This document shows, in pieces, positions 20,150-30,050 of a stretch of DNA of 64,000 bases. The notes under the pieces were generated by a model that worked only from the letters and a program-made list of their open reading frames with translations, ran no database searches and was not told the DNA's origin. This DNA is from an uncultured Gammaproteobacteria bacterium (GTDB lineage: Bacteria > Pseudomonadota > Gammaproteobacteria > Xanthomonadales > Xanthomonadaceae), in NCBI GenBank assembly GCA_963696155.1, contig CAVOJC010000003.1:250970-314969 (forward strand). The letters run 5' to 3'. Within the stretch, counting starts at the first letter, position 1; each line of letters starts with the position of its first letter. The position numbers and the translations under genes were made by a program.

Positions 20150-23100
20150 GTGGGCTTTTCAACCATTTTCATCCGCCGTCCGATCGCCACCTCTCTGCTG
20201 ATGGCCGGCATGCTGCTGCTTGGCATCCTCGGCTATCGCCAGCTGCCGGTGTCGGCGCTGCCCGAGATCGACGCCCCGAGCCTGGTGGTCACCACCCAGT
20301 ATCCGGGCGCCAACGCGGTGACCATGGCCGCGCTGGTCACCACGCCGCTGGAGCGCCAGTTCGGGCAGATTTCCGGGCTGGAACTGATGACCTCCGATTC
20401 GTCGGCCGGCCTGTCCACGATCATCCTGCAGTTCTCCATGGAGCGGGACATCAACATCGCCGCGCAGGATGTGCAGGCCGCGATCCGCCAGGCCACGCTT
20501 CCATCCTCGCTGCCGTACCAGCCGGTCTACAACCGGGTGAACCCGGCCGATGCGGCGATCCTGACGCTCAAGCTCACTTCCGACTCGTTGCCGCTGCGCG
20601 AGGTCAACAACTACGCCGACTCGATCCTGGCCCAGCGCCTGTCGCAGATCCAGGGCGTGGGCCTGGTCTCGATCGCCGGCAATGTGCGTCCGGCAGTGCG
20701 CATCCAGGTCAATCCGGCGCAGCTGTCCAACATGGGCATGACCCTGGAGGAACTGCGCAGCGCCCTCACCCAGGCCAACGTCAATGCGCCGAAAGGGTCG
20801 CTCAACGGCAAGACCCAGTCCTACAGCATCGGCACCAACGACCAGCTGACCAGCGCCGCCGAATATCGCCAGACCATCGTCAGCTACCGCAATGGCGCGC
20901 CGGTGCGGCTGGCGGACGTGGCCACCGTGCTCGATGGCGTGGAGAACGACCAGCTCGCCGCCTGGGCCGATGGCAAGCCGGCGGTGTTGCTGGAAGTGCG
21001 GCGCCAGCCCGGTGCCAACATCGTGCAGACGGTGGAAAGCATCCGCGCCATCCTGCCGCAGCTGCAGTCGGTATTGCCGGCCGACGTGCATCTGGAAGTG
21101 TTTTCCGACCGTACCGAGACGATCCGCGCCTCGGTGCACGAAGTGCAGATGACCCTGATCCTGACCATCGGTCTGGTGGTGGCGGTGATCTTCGTGTTCC
21201 TGCGCCGGCTGTGGGCCACGATCATCCCTTCAGTGGCGGTGCCGCTGTCACTGGCCGGCACGTTCGCGGTGATGGCCTTTACCGGCATGTCGCTGGACAA
21301 CCTGTCGCTGATGGCGCTGGTGGTGGCGACCGGTTTTGTGGTCGATGACGCGATCGTGATGATCGAGAACATCGTGCGCTATATCGAACAGGGCAAGAGT
21401 GGACCGGAAGCGGCGGAGATCGGCGCGCGCCAGATCGGCTTCACCGTGCTGTCGCTGACCATTTCGCTGGTGGCGGTGTTCCTGCCGCTGCTGCTGATGC
21501 CCGGCGTCACCGGACGCCTGTTCCACGAGTTCGCCTGGGTGCTGAGCATCGCGGTGACGATCTCGATGCTGGTGTCGCTGACGCTGACGCCGATGATGTG
21601 CGCCTACCTGCTCAAACCGGACGCGCTGCCCGAAGGCGACGATGCGCATGAACGCGGGCAGGCGCGCGGCAAGCGCACGCTGTGGATGCGCACCGTCGCC
21701 CTGTACGAACGCACGCTCGACCGGGTGCTGTTGCACCAGCGCCTGACCCTGATCGTCGCCGCCGGCGCGGTGCTGCTGACAGTGCTGCTGTACGTGCTGA
21801 TCCCCAAGGGCCTGCTGCCCGAACAGGACACCGGCCTGATCACCGGCGTGGTGCAGGCCGACCAGAACGTCGCCTTCGCGCAGATGGAGCAGCGCACCCA
21901 GGCGGTGGCAGAGGCCCTGCGCAAGGATGCGGCGGTGACCGGCGTGGCCGCGTTCATCGGTGCCGGCTCGATGAATCCCACCCTCAACCAGGGCCAGCTG
22001 TCGATCGTGCTCAAGGAGCGCGGTGAGCGCGAGGGACTCGATGCGATCCTGCCGCGCCTGCAGGCCGCGGTGCGCGATATTCCCGGGGTGGCGCTGTATC
22101 TCAAGCCGGTCCAGGACGTGACCCTGGATACCCGCGTGGCGGCAACCGAATACCAGTACTCGCTGTCGGATGTGGACAGCGCCGAGCTGGAGTTCCAGGC
22201 CACGCGCATGACCGACGCGCTGCGGCAACTGCCCGAACTGGCCGATGTCGACAACAACCTCGCCAATCAGGGCCGGGCGCTGGAGCTGACCATCGACCGC
22301 GACAAGGCCAGCGTGCTCGGCGTGCCGATGCAGACCATCGACGACACGCTCTACGATGCTTTCGGCCAGCGCCAGATCTCGACCATCTTCACCGAGCTCA
22401 ACCAGTACCGCGTGGTGCTGGAAGTGGCGCCGGAGTTCCGCACCTCCACCGCGTTGATGCAGCAGCTGGCCGTGGCCAGCAATGGCAGCGGTGCATTGAC
22501 CGGCACCAACGCCACCAGTTTCGGCCAGGTGGCCTCCAGCAATTCCTCCACCGCCACCGGCATCGGCAGCCAGAACACCGGGATCAAGGTCGGCACTGGC
22601 GGCACCATACCGTTGGCGGCGCTGGCCGATGCCAGAGTCACAACGACGCCGCTGGTGGTCAGCCACCAGCAGCAGCTGCCGGCCATCACCATTTCCTTCA
22701 ACGTCGCCCCCGGCTATTCGCTGTCCGAAGCGGTGAGCGCGATCGAGCGTGCGCGCGAGCAGCTGCAGCTGCCCTCGCAACTGCACGCGCAGTTCATCGG
22801 CAAGGCCGCCGAGTTCACCGGCAGCCAGATGGATGTGATCTGGCTGCTGCTGGCGTCGCTGGTGGTGATCTACATCGTGCTGGGCGTGCTGTACGAGAGC
22901 TGGATCCATCCGATCACGATCATCTCCACGTTGCCGCCGGCCGGTGTCGGCGCCCTGCTCGCCTTGATGCTGTGCGGCTTGAGCCTGTCGGTGGACGGCA
23001 TCGTCGGCATCGTGCTGCTGATCGGCATCGTCAAGAAAAACGGCATCATGATGGTGGACTTCGCCATCGAAGCCCGACGCGCGGGGGCCAACGCACACGA

Positions 23101-23383
23101 TGCGATCCGGCGCGCCTGCCTGCTGCGTTTCCGTCCGATCATGATGACCACCGCTGCCGCCATGCTCGGCGCGCTGCCGCTGGCGCTGGGCAGCGGCATC
23201 GGCTCGGAGCTGCGGCGGCCACTGGGCATCGCCATTGTCGGCGGGCTGCTGCTGTCGCAGCTGGTGACGCTGTACACCACGCCGGTGATCTACCTGTATA
23301 TGGAGCGGTTCTCCGCACGCCTGGAAAGCTGGCGCGCGCGGCGCGCCGTGCAGCGTGGCGGCACCGCCGCGGAGCAGGCATGA
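20150..23383 (+). CDS. mdtB: RND efflux permease, MdtB-like
   Basis: FIRRPIATSLLM, GFVVDDAIV, GIVKKNGIMMVDFA and RFRPIMMTT motifs. Confidence 0.88.
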   Translation: MGFSTIFIRRPIATSLLMAGMLLLGILGYRQLPVSALPEIDAPSLVVTTQYPGANAVTMAALVTTPLERQFGQISGLELMTSDSSAGLSTIILQFSMERDINIAAQDVQAAIRQATLPSSLPYQPVYNRVNPADAAILTLKLTSDSLPLREVNNYADSILAQRLSQIQGVGLVSIAGNVRPAVRIQVNPAQLSNMGMTLEELRSALTQANVNAPKGSLNGKTQSYSIGTNDQLTSAAEYRQTIVSYRNGAPVRLADVATVLDGVENDQLAAWADGKPAVLLEVRRQPGANIVQTVESIRAILPQLQSVLPADVHLEVFSDRTETIRASVHEVQMTLILTIGLVVAVIFVFLRRLWATIIPSVAVPLSLAGTFAVMAFTGMSLDNLSLMALVVATGFVVDDAIVMIENIVRYIEQGKSGPEAAEIGARQIGFTVLSLTISLVAVFLPLLLMPGVTGRLFHEFAWVLSIAVTISMLVSLTLTPMMCAYLLKPDALPEGDDAHERGQARGKRTLWMRTVALYERTLDRVLLHQRLTLIVAAGAVLLTVLLYVLIPKGLLPEQDTGLITGVVQADQNVAFAQMEQRTQAVAEALRKDAAVTGVAAFIGAGSMNPTLNQGQLSIVLKERGEREGLDAILPRLQAAVRDIPGVALYLKPVQDVTLDTRVAATEYQYSLSDVDSAELEFQATRMTDALRQLPELADVDNNLANQGRALELTIDRDKASVLGVPMQTIDDTLYDAFGQRQISTIFTELNQYRVVLEVAPEFRTSTALMQQLAVASNGSGALTGTNATSFGQVASSNSSTATGIGSQNTGIKVGTGGTIPLAALADARVTTTPLVVSHQQQLPAITISFNVAPGYSLSEAVSAIERAREQLQLPSQLHAQFIGKAAEFTGSQMDVIWLLLASLVVIYIVLGVLYESWIHPITIISTLPPAGVGALLALMLCGLSLSVDGIVGIVLLIGIVKKNGIMMVDFAIEARRAGANAHDAIRRACLLRFRPIMMTTAAAMLGALPLALGSGIGSELRRPLGIAIVGGLLLSQLVTLYTTPVIYLYMERFSARLESWRARRAVQRGGTAAEQA

Positions 23384-23568
23384 ACCGGACCGGCACCTTT
23401 GCGGGAGCGACGCCGGTCGCGACGGGGCTTTTGTGCAGGCCGCTGTGCAACGGCCCGCACCTCCATGCGTGGCGATTTAAAGGGGGACGCCTTGTCGCCG
23501 CTGACGCCGCTCCTGCAATGGCAACGGCAAGGGCCAACCCAGCGGCAGCGATGGGAGGGCACCGATGA
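23380..23568 (+). CDS. Possible 62-aa ORF bridging mdtB and mdtC
   Basis: The ATG overlaps the mdtB stop (ATGA) with GGAG upstream, and the TGA overlaps the mdtC start (ATGA). No recognisable domain. Confidence 0.35.
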   Translation: MNRTGTFAGATPVATGLLCRPLCNGPHLHAWRFKGGRLVAADAAPAMATARANPAAAMGGHR

Positions 23569-26500
23569 ACATCTCCGGTCCCTTCATCCGTCGTCCGATC
23601 GGCATCACGCTGCTGGCGATCGGCCTGTTCGTGATCGGCATGATCTGCTACCTGCGGTTGGGCGTGGCGGCGTTGCCGAACATCGAAATCCCGGTGATCT
23701 TCGTCCATGCCAACCAGTCCGGTGCCGACGCCGGCACCATGGCCGCGACCGTGACCGCGCCGCTGGAGCGACACCTCGGGCAGTTGCCCGGTGTGGACCG
23801 CATGCGCTCTTCCAGTTCGGACGGCAGCAGCATGGTGTTCATGGTGTTCAAGGCCGACCAGGACATCGATGCGGCCGCGCAGGACGTGCAGACCGCGATC
23901 AATGCCGCGCAGGCCGACCTGCCCGCGGGACTGGGCACGCCGCTGTACCAGAAGGCGAACCCCAACGACGATCCGGTGATCGCGATCGCGTTGACCTCGC
24001 AGACGCAGTCCGCCGAGGAACTCTACAACGTTGCCGATTCGCTGCTGGCGCAGCGGCTGCGGCAGATCACCGGGGTGGCCTCGGTGGATATCGCCGGGGC
24101 GTCCACGCCGGCGGTGCGGGTCGATGTGAACCTGCGCACGCTCAACGGGCTGGGCCTGACGCCTGACGACCTGCGCAACGCGGTACGCGCAGCCAACGTC
24201 ACCTCGCCCACCGGCTTCCTGTCCGACGGCGACACCACCATGGCGATCATCGCCAATGACGCGGTTGCCAAGGCCGCCGATTTCGCCCAGCTGGTGATCG
24301 CCAACCGCGATGGCCGGGTGGTGCGGCTGCGCGATGTCGCCAACGTGTACGACGGCCAGCAGGACGCCTACCAGGCGGCCTGGTTCAACGGCAAGCCGGC
24401 GGTGGTGATGTATGTGTTCACCCGTGCCGGCGCCAACATCGTCGAGACCGTGGACCGGGTGAAGGCGCAGCTTCCGGCGCTGCGGACCTACCTGCAGCCC
24501 GGCACCACGCTCACCCCCTACTTCGACCGCACGCCCACCATCCGCGCCTCGCTGCACGAGGTACAGGTCGCGCTGCTGATCAGCCTGGCGATGGTGGTGC
24601 TGACGATGGCGCTGTTCCTGCGCCGGCTGGCGCCGACCCTGATCGCCGCGGTGACCGTGCCGCTGTCACTGGCCGGCGCCGCACTGGTGATGTATGCGCT
24701 GGGCTTCACCCTCAACAACCTGAGCCTGCTGGCGCTGGTGATCGCGATCGGTTTCGTCGTCGACGACGCCATCGTGGTGATCGAAAACATCATGCGCCAT
24801 CTGGACCAGGGCGTGCCGCGCATGCAGGCCGCGCTCGCAGGCGCGCGCGAGATCGGTTTCACCATCGTCTCGATCACCGCCTCGCTGGTGGCGGTCTTCA
24901 TTCCGCTGCTGTTTGCCAGCGGCATGATGGGAGCGTTTTTCCGCGAGTTCACCATCACCCTGGTCGCCGCGATCGTGGTGTCGATGGTGGTGTCGCTGAC
25001 GCTGACCCCGGCGCTGTGCAGCCGCTTCCTGTCGGCCCACGCCGAGGAGCAACAGCCCGGTCGCCTGGGCCGGCTGCTGGACCGCGGCCATGCCGCGATG
25101 CTGCGCTGGTACGCCAGGGCACTGGATTTTTCGCTGCGGCATGCGCTGTTGTTCTCGCTCACTCCGCTGCTGCTGATCGTCGCCACCGGCATGCTGTTCG
25201 GCGCGGTCAAGAAGGGCGCCTTCCCGCCGCAGGACACCGGCCTGATCTGGGGCCGCGCCAATTCCAGCGCCACAGTGTCCTTCGCCGACATGGTCAGTCG
25301 CCAGCACCGCATCACCGACATGCTGATGGCCGATCCGGCAGTCAAGACCGTGGGCGCGCGCCTGGGCAGCGGTCGCCAGGGCTCCAGCGCCCAGTTCAAT
25401 GTCCAGCTCAAGACCCGCGCCGAAGGCCGCACCGAGAGCACGGCCCTCGCCTTGGCCCGGCTCAGTGCCAAGGCGGACCGCTATCCCGACCTGCAACTGC
25501 GCCTGCGCGCGATCCAGGACCTGCCCAGCGACGATGGCGGTGGCAGCAGCCAGGGCGCGCAGTACCGTGCCTCGCTGCAGGGCAACGACCTGGCGCAGCT
25601 GCAGGAGTGGTTGCCCAGGCTGCAGACCGAGCTGAAAAAGAATCCCAAGCTGCGCGATGTCGGCACCGACGTCGACAGCGCCGGCCTGCGCCAGAACATC
25701 GTGATCGACCGGGCCAAGGCGGCGCGGCTGGGGATATCGGTCGGCGCCATCGACGGCGCGCTGTACGGCGCGTTCGGCCAACGCCAGATCTCGACGATCT
25801 TCGCCGATCTCAACCAGTACAGCGTGGTGGTCAACGCGCTGCCGCAGCAGACCGCCACCCCGGCGGCGCTGGACCGGATCCACGTCCCCAACCGCAGCGG
25901 GCAGATGATCCCGATCACCGCGGTGGCCCATCAGGAACCTGGGCTCTCGCCGCCACAGATCACCCACGAGAACCAGTACACGACGATGGACCTGAGCTAC
26001 AACCTCGCCCCCGGCGTCAGTGCGGGCGAGGCCAAGCAGATCATCAGCAGCACGGTCGACGGCCTGCGCATGCCCGGCGACATCCGCCTGGCCGACAGCG
26101 GCGGCTTCGGCTTCAATGCCGACCCCTCGGCGATGCTGATCCTGGTGCTGGCGGCCATCATCACCGTCTACATCGTGCTCGGCATGCTCTACGAGAGCCT
26201 GGTGCATCCGGTGACCATCCTGTCCACCCTGCCGGCGGCGGGCATGGGCGCGCTGCTGGCGCTGTGGATGACCAGCACCGAGCTCTCAGTGATCTCGATG
26301 ATCGCGCTGGTGCTGCTGATCGGCATCGTCAAGAAGAACGCGATCATGATGATCGACTTCGCGCTGGTGGCGCGCCGCGAACATGGCCTGTCACCGCTGG
26401 AGGCCGCCCGCGAAGCCAGCATCGTGCGCTTCCGTCCGATCATGATGACCTCGATGGTCGCCATTCTGGCCGCACTGCCGCTGGCGATCGGCCTGGGCGA

Positions 26501-26687
26501 GGGTTCGGAGCTGCGCCGCCCGCTGGGCATCGCGATGATCGGCGGCCTGCTGATTTCGCAGAGCCTGACCCTGCTCAGCACCCCGGCGCTGTATGTGATC
26601 TTCTCCTGCCTGCAGCAACGCTGGCGGGCATGGCGTGCGCGTCGCCGCGAGCGCCGGCAGCTGAAACTGGCGCAGCGAAGCGCCTGA
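23565..26687 (+). CDS. mdtC: RND efflux permease, MdtC-like
   Basis: FIRRPIG, GFVVDDAIV, GIVKKNAIMMIDFA and RFRPIMMTS motifs. Confidence 0.88.
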   Translation: MNISGPFIRRPIGITLLAIGLFVIGMICYLRLGVAALPNIEIPVIFVHANQSGADAGTMAATVTAPLERHLGQLPGVDRMRSSSSDGSSMVFMVFKADQDIDAAAQDVQTAINAAQADLPAGLGTPLYQKANPNDDPVIAIALTSQTQSAEELYNVADSLLAQRLRQITGVASVDIAGASTPAVRVDVNLRTLNGLGLTPDDLRNAVRAANVTSPTGFLSDGDTTMAIIANDAVAKAADFAQLVIANRDGRVVRLRDVANVYDGQQDAYQAAWFNGKPAVVMYVFTRAGANIVETVDRVKAQLPALRTYLQPGTTLTPYFDRTPTIRASLHEVQVALLISLAMVVLTMALFLRRLAPTLIAAVTVPLSLAGAALVMYALGFTLNNLSLLALVIAIGFVVDDAIVVIENIMRHLDQGVPRMQAALAGAREIGFTIVSITASLVAVFIPLLFASGMMGAFFREFTITLVAAIVVSMVVSLTLTPALCSRFLSAHAEEQQPGRLGRLLDRGHAAMLRWYARALDFSLRHALLFSLTPLLLIVATGMLFGAVKKGAFPPQDTGLIWGRANSSATVSFADMVSRQHRITDMLMADPAVKTVGARLGSGRQGSSAQFNVQLKTRAEGRTESTALALARLSAKADRYPDLQLRLRAIQDLPSDDGGGSSQGAQYRASLQGNDLAQLQEWLPRLQTELKKNPKLRDVGTDVDSAGLRQNIVIDRAKAARLGISVGAIDGALYGAFGQRQISTIFADLNQYSVVVNALPQQTATPAALDRIHVPNRSGQMIPITAVAHQEPGLSPPQITHENQYTTMDLSYNLAPGVSAGEAKQIISSTVDGLRMPGDIRLADSGGFGFNADPSAMLILVLAAIITVYIVLGMLYESLVHPVTILSTLPAAGMGALLALWMTSTELSVISMIALVLLIGIVKKNAIMMIDFALVARREHGLSPLEAAREASIVRFRPIMMTSMVAILAALPLAIGLGEGSELRRPLGIAMIGGLLISQSLTLLSTPALYVIFSCLQQRWRAWRARRRERRQLKLAQRSA

Positions 26688-26698
26688 GCCAACAAACC

Positions 26699-26723
26699 AA
26701 CGCCCGGACAGAACCCGGGCGTT
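26699..26723. terminator. Hairpin between the convergent mdtC and VWA genes
   Basis: AACGCCCGG-N7-CCGGGCGTT. Confidence 0.6.
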
Positions 26724-26791
26724 GTGTCATGGGTCCAGTCCGCGCCGGCATGCGCGCGGCGACCGGATCCTCTCCGCCTCGACAGGCTGCG

Positions 26792-28465
26792 TCAGTCGGC
26801 CTGCGGTTCCGTCAGGCCGTCCTTCTCCACCAGCGATTGCGCCGCCTTGGCCAGCCGGACGAACTCGGCCCTCTCGCCTTCCGGGTCCTCCCCGCGGGCG
26901 GCCTGGGCGCTGGCGATCAGCTGCGACCAGCTCCAGCCCGGCATCCGCGCACCGCCGCGCAAGGCATCGGCAAAGCCGGCCACCGAGGCGGCGAACTGCA
27001 GTGATGTGCTTGGACGACTTTTAAGTTGACTGGCGAGGACCGGCTGGCTGACCAGCGCGCTCTTCTCCTGGTCCGGCAGCTTGTAGCGCAGGCGCACCTC
27101 GGCCACTTCGTCCAGGTGCGCGGCATCGGCGGTTTTTGACTTGCCGTATCGCAGCGACGGCAGCTGTTCGCCACCGCTGCCCACGGGAGTGAGCTCGTAC
27201 AGCGCGGTCACTTCGTGGCCGGGCCCGATATCCCCGGCGTCCACCTTGTCGTTGGCGAAGTCCTCGTTGTTGAGGACCCGGTTTTCATAGCCGATCAGGC
27301 GGTATTCCGACACGCGCGCGGGATTGAACTCGACCTGGATCTTCACGTCACGGGCGATGGTGAACAGCGTGCTGCCCATCTCCCTGACCAGCACCCGCCG
27401 CGCCTCCTGCACCGTGTCGATGTAGGCATGGTTGCCATCACCGACATCGGCCAGGCGCTCGGCCATCGCGTCGTTGTAGTTGCCCTGTCCGAAGCCGAGC
27501 GTGGTCAGGGCAATGCCGGATTTGCGCTGGTCGGCGACATGGGTTTCCAGCGCCTTGCGATCGACGATGCCGACGTTGAAGTCGCCATCGGTGGCCAGGA
27601 TCACCCGGTTGGCGCCGCCCTTGATGAAGGACTGGCGGGCCATCGCATAGGCCAGTTCGATCCCCTGTCCGCCGTTGGTGCTGCCACCGGCCTCCAGCTT
27701 CTCGAGCGCGGCGACGATTTCGCCGTGGCGGTCACCAGCCGTCGGCGGCAGCACCAGGCCGGCGCTGCCGGCGTAGCTGACGATCGCGACGCGGTCCTGG
27801 CTGCGCAATTGCGGCACCAGCTGGGCCAGCGCCTTCTTCAACAGCGGCAGCTTGTCCTGCGAGTACATCGACCCGGAAGTGTCGATCAGGAACACCAGGT
27901 TGATCGGCGGCAGCCTCGTGCGCGGCAGTTCATAGCCCTTGATCCCGATCATCAGCAGCTGCCGGCGCGCATCCCACGGCGCCGGTGCCAGTTCGGTAAT
28001 CACCCGGAACGGCACGGCCTTGTCGGCCGGCACCGGGTAGCCGTAATCGAAGTAGTTGATGAACTCCTCGGCGCGCACCGAATCGGCAGGCGGACGGATG
28101 CCATCGGCGAGCATGCGTCGCACGTTGCTGTAACTGCCGGTGTCCACGTCGACCGAAAACGTGGAGACCGCCTGTTCGCTGGTGCGGCGCACCGGATTGT
28201 CCTCACGCGCGGCATAGACTTCGGTATTTGCCCGCGGGACCGGTACCGAGCCGCTTGTCACCACGCGGAAATAAGCCGGTGCAGCCCTTTGCGACGCCGC
28301 CGCAGGCGGTGAAGGTGGTGATGGCGGGCTGACCAGGTCGCCAAGCCATGGCGCCGGCGTCGCGGCTGGCGTCGCTTCCGGTGGCGGCGCCTTGGACATC
28401 TCACGGGACGGGCTGCACGCGGCAAGCACCGCAGCCAGGGCAATCACAGATATCCGATTCTGCAT
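26792..28465 (-). CDS. VWA-domain lipoprotein, YfbK-like
   Basis: Lipobox LAAC. STFSVDVDTGSY, MIDAS-type FLIDTSGSM, LATDGDFNVG, and a C-terminal DUF3520-like region. Confidence 0.88.
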   Translation of the reverse strand: MQNRISVIALAAVLAACSPSREMSKAPPPEATPAATPAPWLGDLVSPPSPPSPPAAASQRAAPAYFRVVTSGSVPVPRANTEVYAAREDNPVRRTSEQAVSTFSVDVDTGSYSNVRRMLADGIRPPADSVRAEEFINYFDYGYPVPADKAVPFRVITELAPAPWDARRQLLMIGIKGYELPRTRLPPINLVFLIDTSGSMYSQDKLPLLKKALAQLVPQLRSQDRVAIVSYAGSAGLVLPPTAGDRHGEIVAALEKLEAGGSTNGGQGIELAYAMARQSFIKGGANRVILATDGDFNVGIVDRKALETHVADQRKSGIALTTLGFGQGNYNDAMAERLADVGDGNHAYIDTVQEARRVLVREMGSTLFTIARDVKIQVEFNPARVSEYRLIGYENRVLNNEDFANDKVDAGDIGPGHEVTALYELTPVGSGGEQLPSLRYGKSKTADAAHLDEVAEVRLRYKLPDQEKSALVSQPVLASQLKSRPSTSLQFAASVAGFADALRGGARMPGWSWSQLIASAQAARGEDPEGERAEFVRLAKAAQSLVEKDGLTEPQAD

Positions 28466-28595
28466 GGCACTCCTTCGTCGTCGGCAAGAATGCTGCCGGC
28501 ACTCCATGAGTGCTGGCAGCGACCCGGTAGCGGGTGCCCGCACCTTATCTCCTAACCACTCCCCTGAACGCTGGAGCCGGCCGGCGTGGCCGGCC

Positions 28596-29960
28596 TCACG
28601 CCGTCAAAGCCGCCAGCGAATCGCGCTGCATGCGCTCGTAGATCGCGAACTCGTCGCTTACCGGCGCGCCCAGCGCCTGTTCGAACGTGTCGCGGTTGGC
28701 CTTGGCGGCGTAGGCGCGCTGCTCCTCGCCGCCCAGATTGGACTGGAAGATGCCGGCCGCGCTGACCGGCAGGAAATCCTCATAGACGATGGGATCGGCG
28801 CTGGCCAGGCCGCGCTCGATCAGCACTTCGGCCGCAAGCGCGCGTTCGCTGGCCGCAAGCTCCCGTCCGGCAGGCGTCAACTGATAGCGGAAATATCCGA
28901 GGCCCTCGCGACGCAGCGTGGCGTAATCGTCGGGGAAGTCGTTGAAAGCCGTCGCCAGTCGCGTCGCATAGTCCGCGCCGGTGCTGCCGGCACCCCCACT
29001 TTCGCGCGCCTTCGCCAGCAGCGTGTCGTACAGCGCGCGGCCCTTCGGGGTGAGGGCAAGGCCGCGCTGCTCGATCTCGCCAAAGCGTGCGGTATGCGTG
29101 CCGGCATCGCCTTCCTCGCCAGAAGGAAAATGCACCGACTCCTCCAGCGCCTTGAAACTGGTCTGGCGCAGCAGGATCGGACACTGCCGCCGCGGTGGTC
29201 CCTCGATCACCGCCTTCGCGGCAATGCCGCGATGATGCATCCGCGCCTGCGCCGCATCGATATCCAGCGTGCGCGGGGTGAGATGGTTGATATGCGGGCC
29301 ACGGAAGCTGACCACATCGGCGATCAGCCGGTGCGCGGCGCTCAGGGCCTGGTAGGTGGGCAGCGAAACCGTCGCCTGGTTGTGCCAGCGGAAGGTCTCC
29401 AGCGCCTCGACCACGAAGCGCCACGCCGCTTCTTCGTCCAGCCCGCCCTCGCGCTCGCACTGTTCGATCAACGCCAGCGCGTCCACGGTGAAGATCCGGC
29501 GACGGGAAAGTATCGCGGCCGCCTGTTCGCGCAACGACGCATCGTCGATCAGCTCAAGCCGCAGCAGCGAGGTGAACACGCGGAACGGATTGCGTGCGAG
29601 CGCCGCGGCATCGACCGGGCGGAACGCGGTGGAATGCACCGGCACCCCGGCCACGGAAAGGTCGTAGTAGCCCACCGGATGCATGCCCATCACCGCGAAC
29701 AACCGGCGCAGCGTGGCCAGCTCTTCGGCGCTGCCGACCCGGATCGCGCCATGGCGCTCGACATCCAGCCGTTCGCGTTCACCGCTGCGTTCCATCTGCT
29801 GCGCAGTATCGGGATGTTCGACCAGCACCTGCTGGTTGACCTCCGCCACCAGCTCCACCAGCGTGCCGTACAACGGCACCTCGGTACGGTACATGTGCGA
29901 CATCGCCTGCGAGAACAGGCTGCGGATGTGGTCCGGGGAAACGAAACGGTCAGCGGTCAT
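28596..29960 (-). CDS. hglS: 2-oxoadipate dioxygenase/decarboxylase (hydroxyglutarate synthase, YdcJ/DUF1338)
   Basis: ERHGAIR, HINHLTPR, EGPP..LLRQTSF and YEDFLPVSAAGIF motifs. Confidence 0.88.
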   Translation of the reverse strand: MTADRFVSPDHIRSLFSQAMSHMYRTEVPLYGTLVELVAEVNQQVLVEHPDTAQQMERSGERERLDVERHGAIRVGSAEELATLRRLFAVMGMHPVGYYDLSVAGVPVHSTAFRPVDAAALARNPFRVFTSLLRLELIDDASLREQAAAILSRRRIFTVDALALIEQCEREGGLDEEAAWRFVVEALETFRWHNQATVSLPTYQALSAAHRLIADVVSFRGPHINHLTPRTLDIDAAQARMHHRGIAAKAVIEGPPRRQCPILLRQTSFKALEESVHFPSGEEGDAGTHTARFGEIEQRGLALTPKGRALYDTLLAKARESGGAGSTGADYATRLATAFNDFPDDYATLRREGLGYFRYQLTPAGRELAASERALAAEVLIERGLASADPIVYEDFLPVSAAGIFQSNLGGEEQRAYAAKANRDTFEQALGAPVSDEFAIYERMQRDSLAALTA

Positions 29961-30050
29961 GTCAAAGCGCGCGGCGCAGGTTCGATGGAGCGCCATTTTC
30001 GCCCGGATGCACGTCCCGCGCCTATGCGCACAGCAGCATCGCGGCACCGG

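Noticed and set aside
28499-28513. GCACTC-CAT-GAGTGC as a CIRCE element
   Set aside because: The spacer is 3 nt instead of 9 and the TTA/TAA ends are missing.
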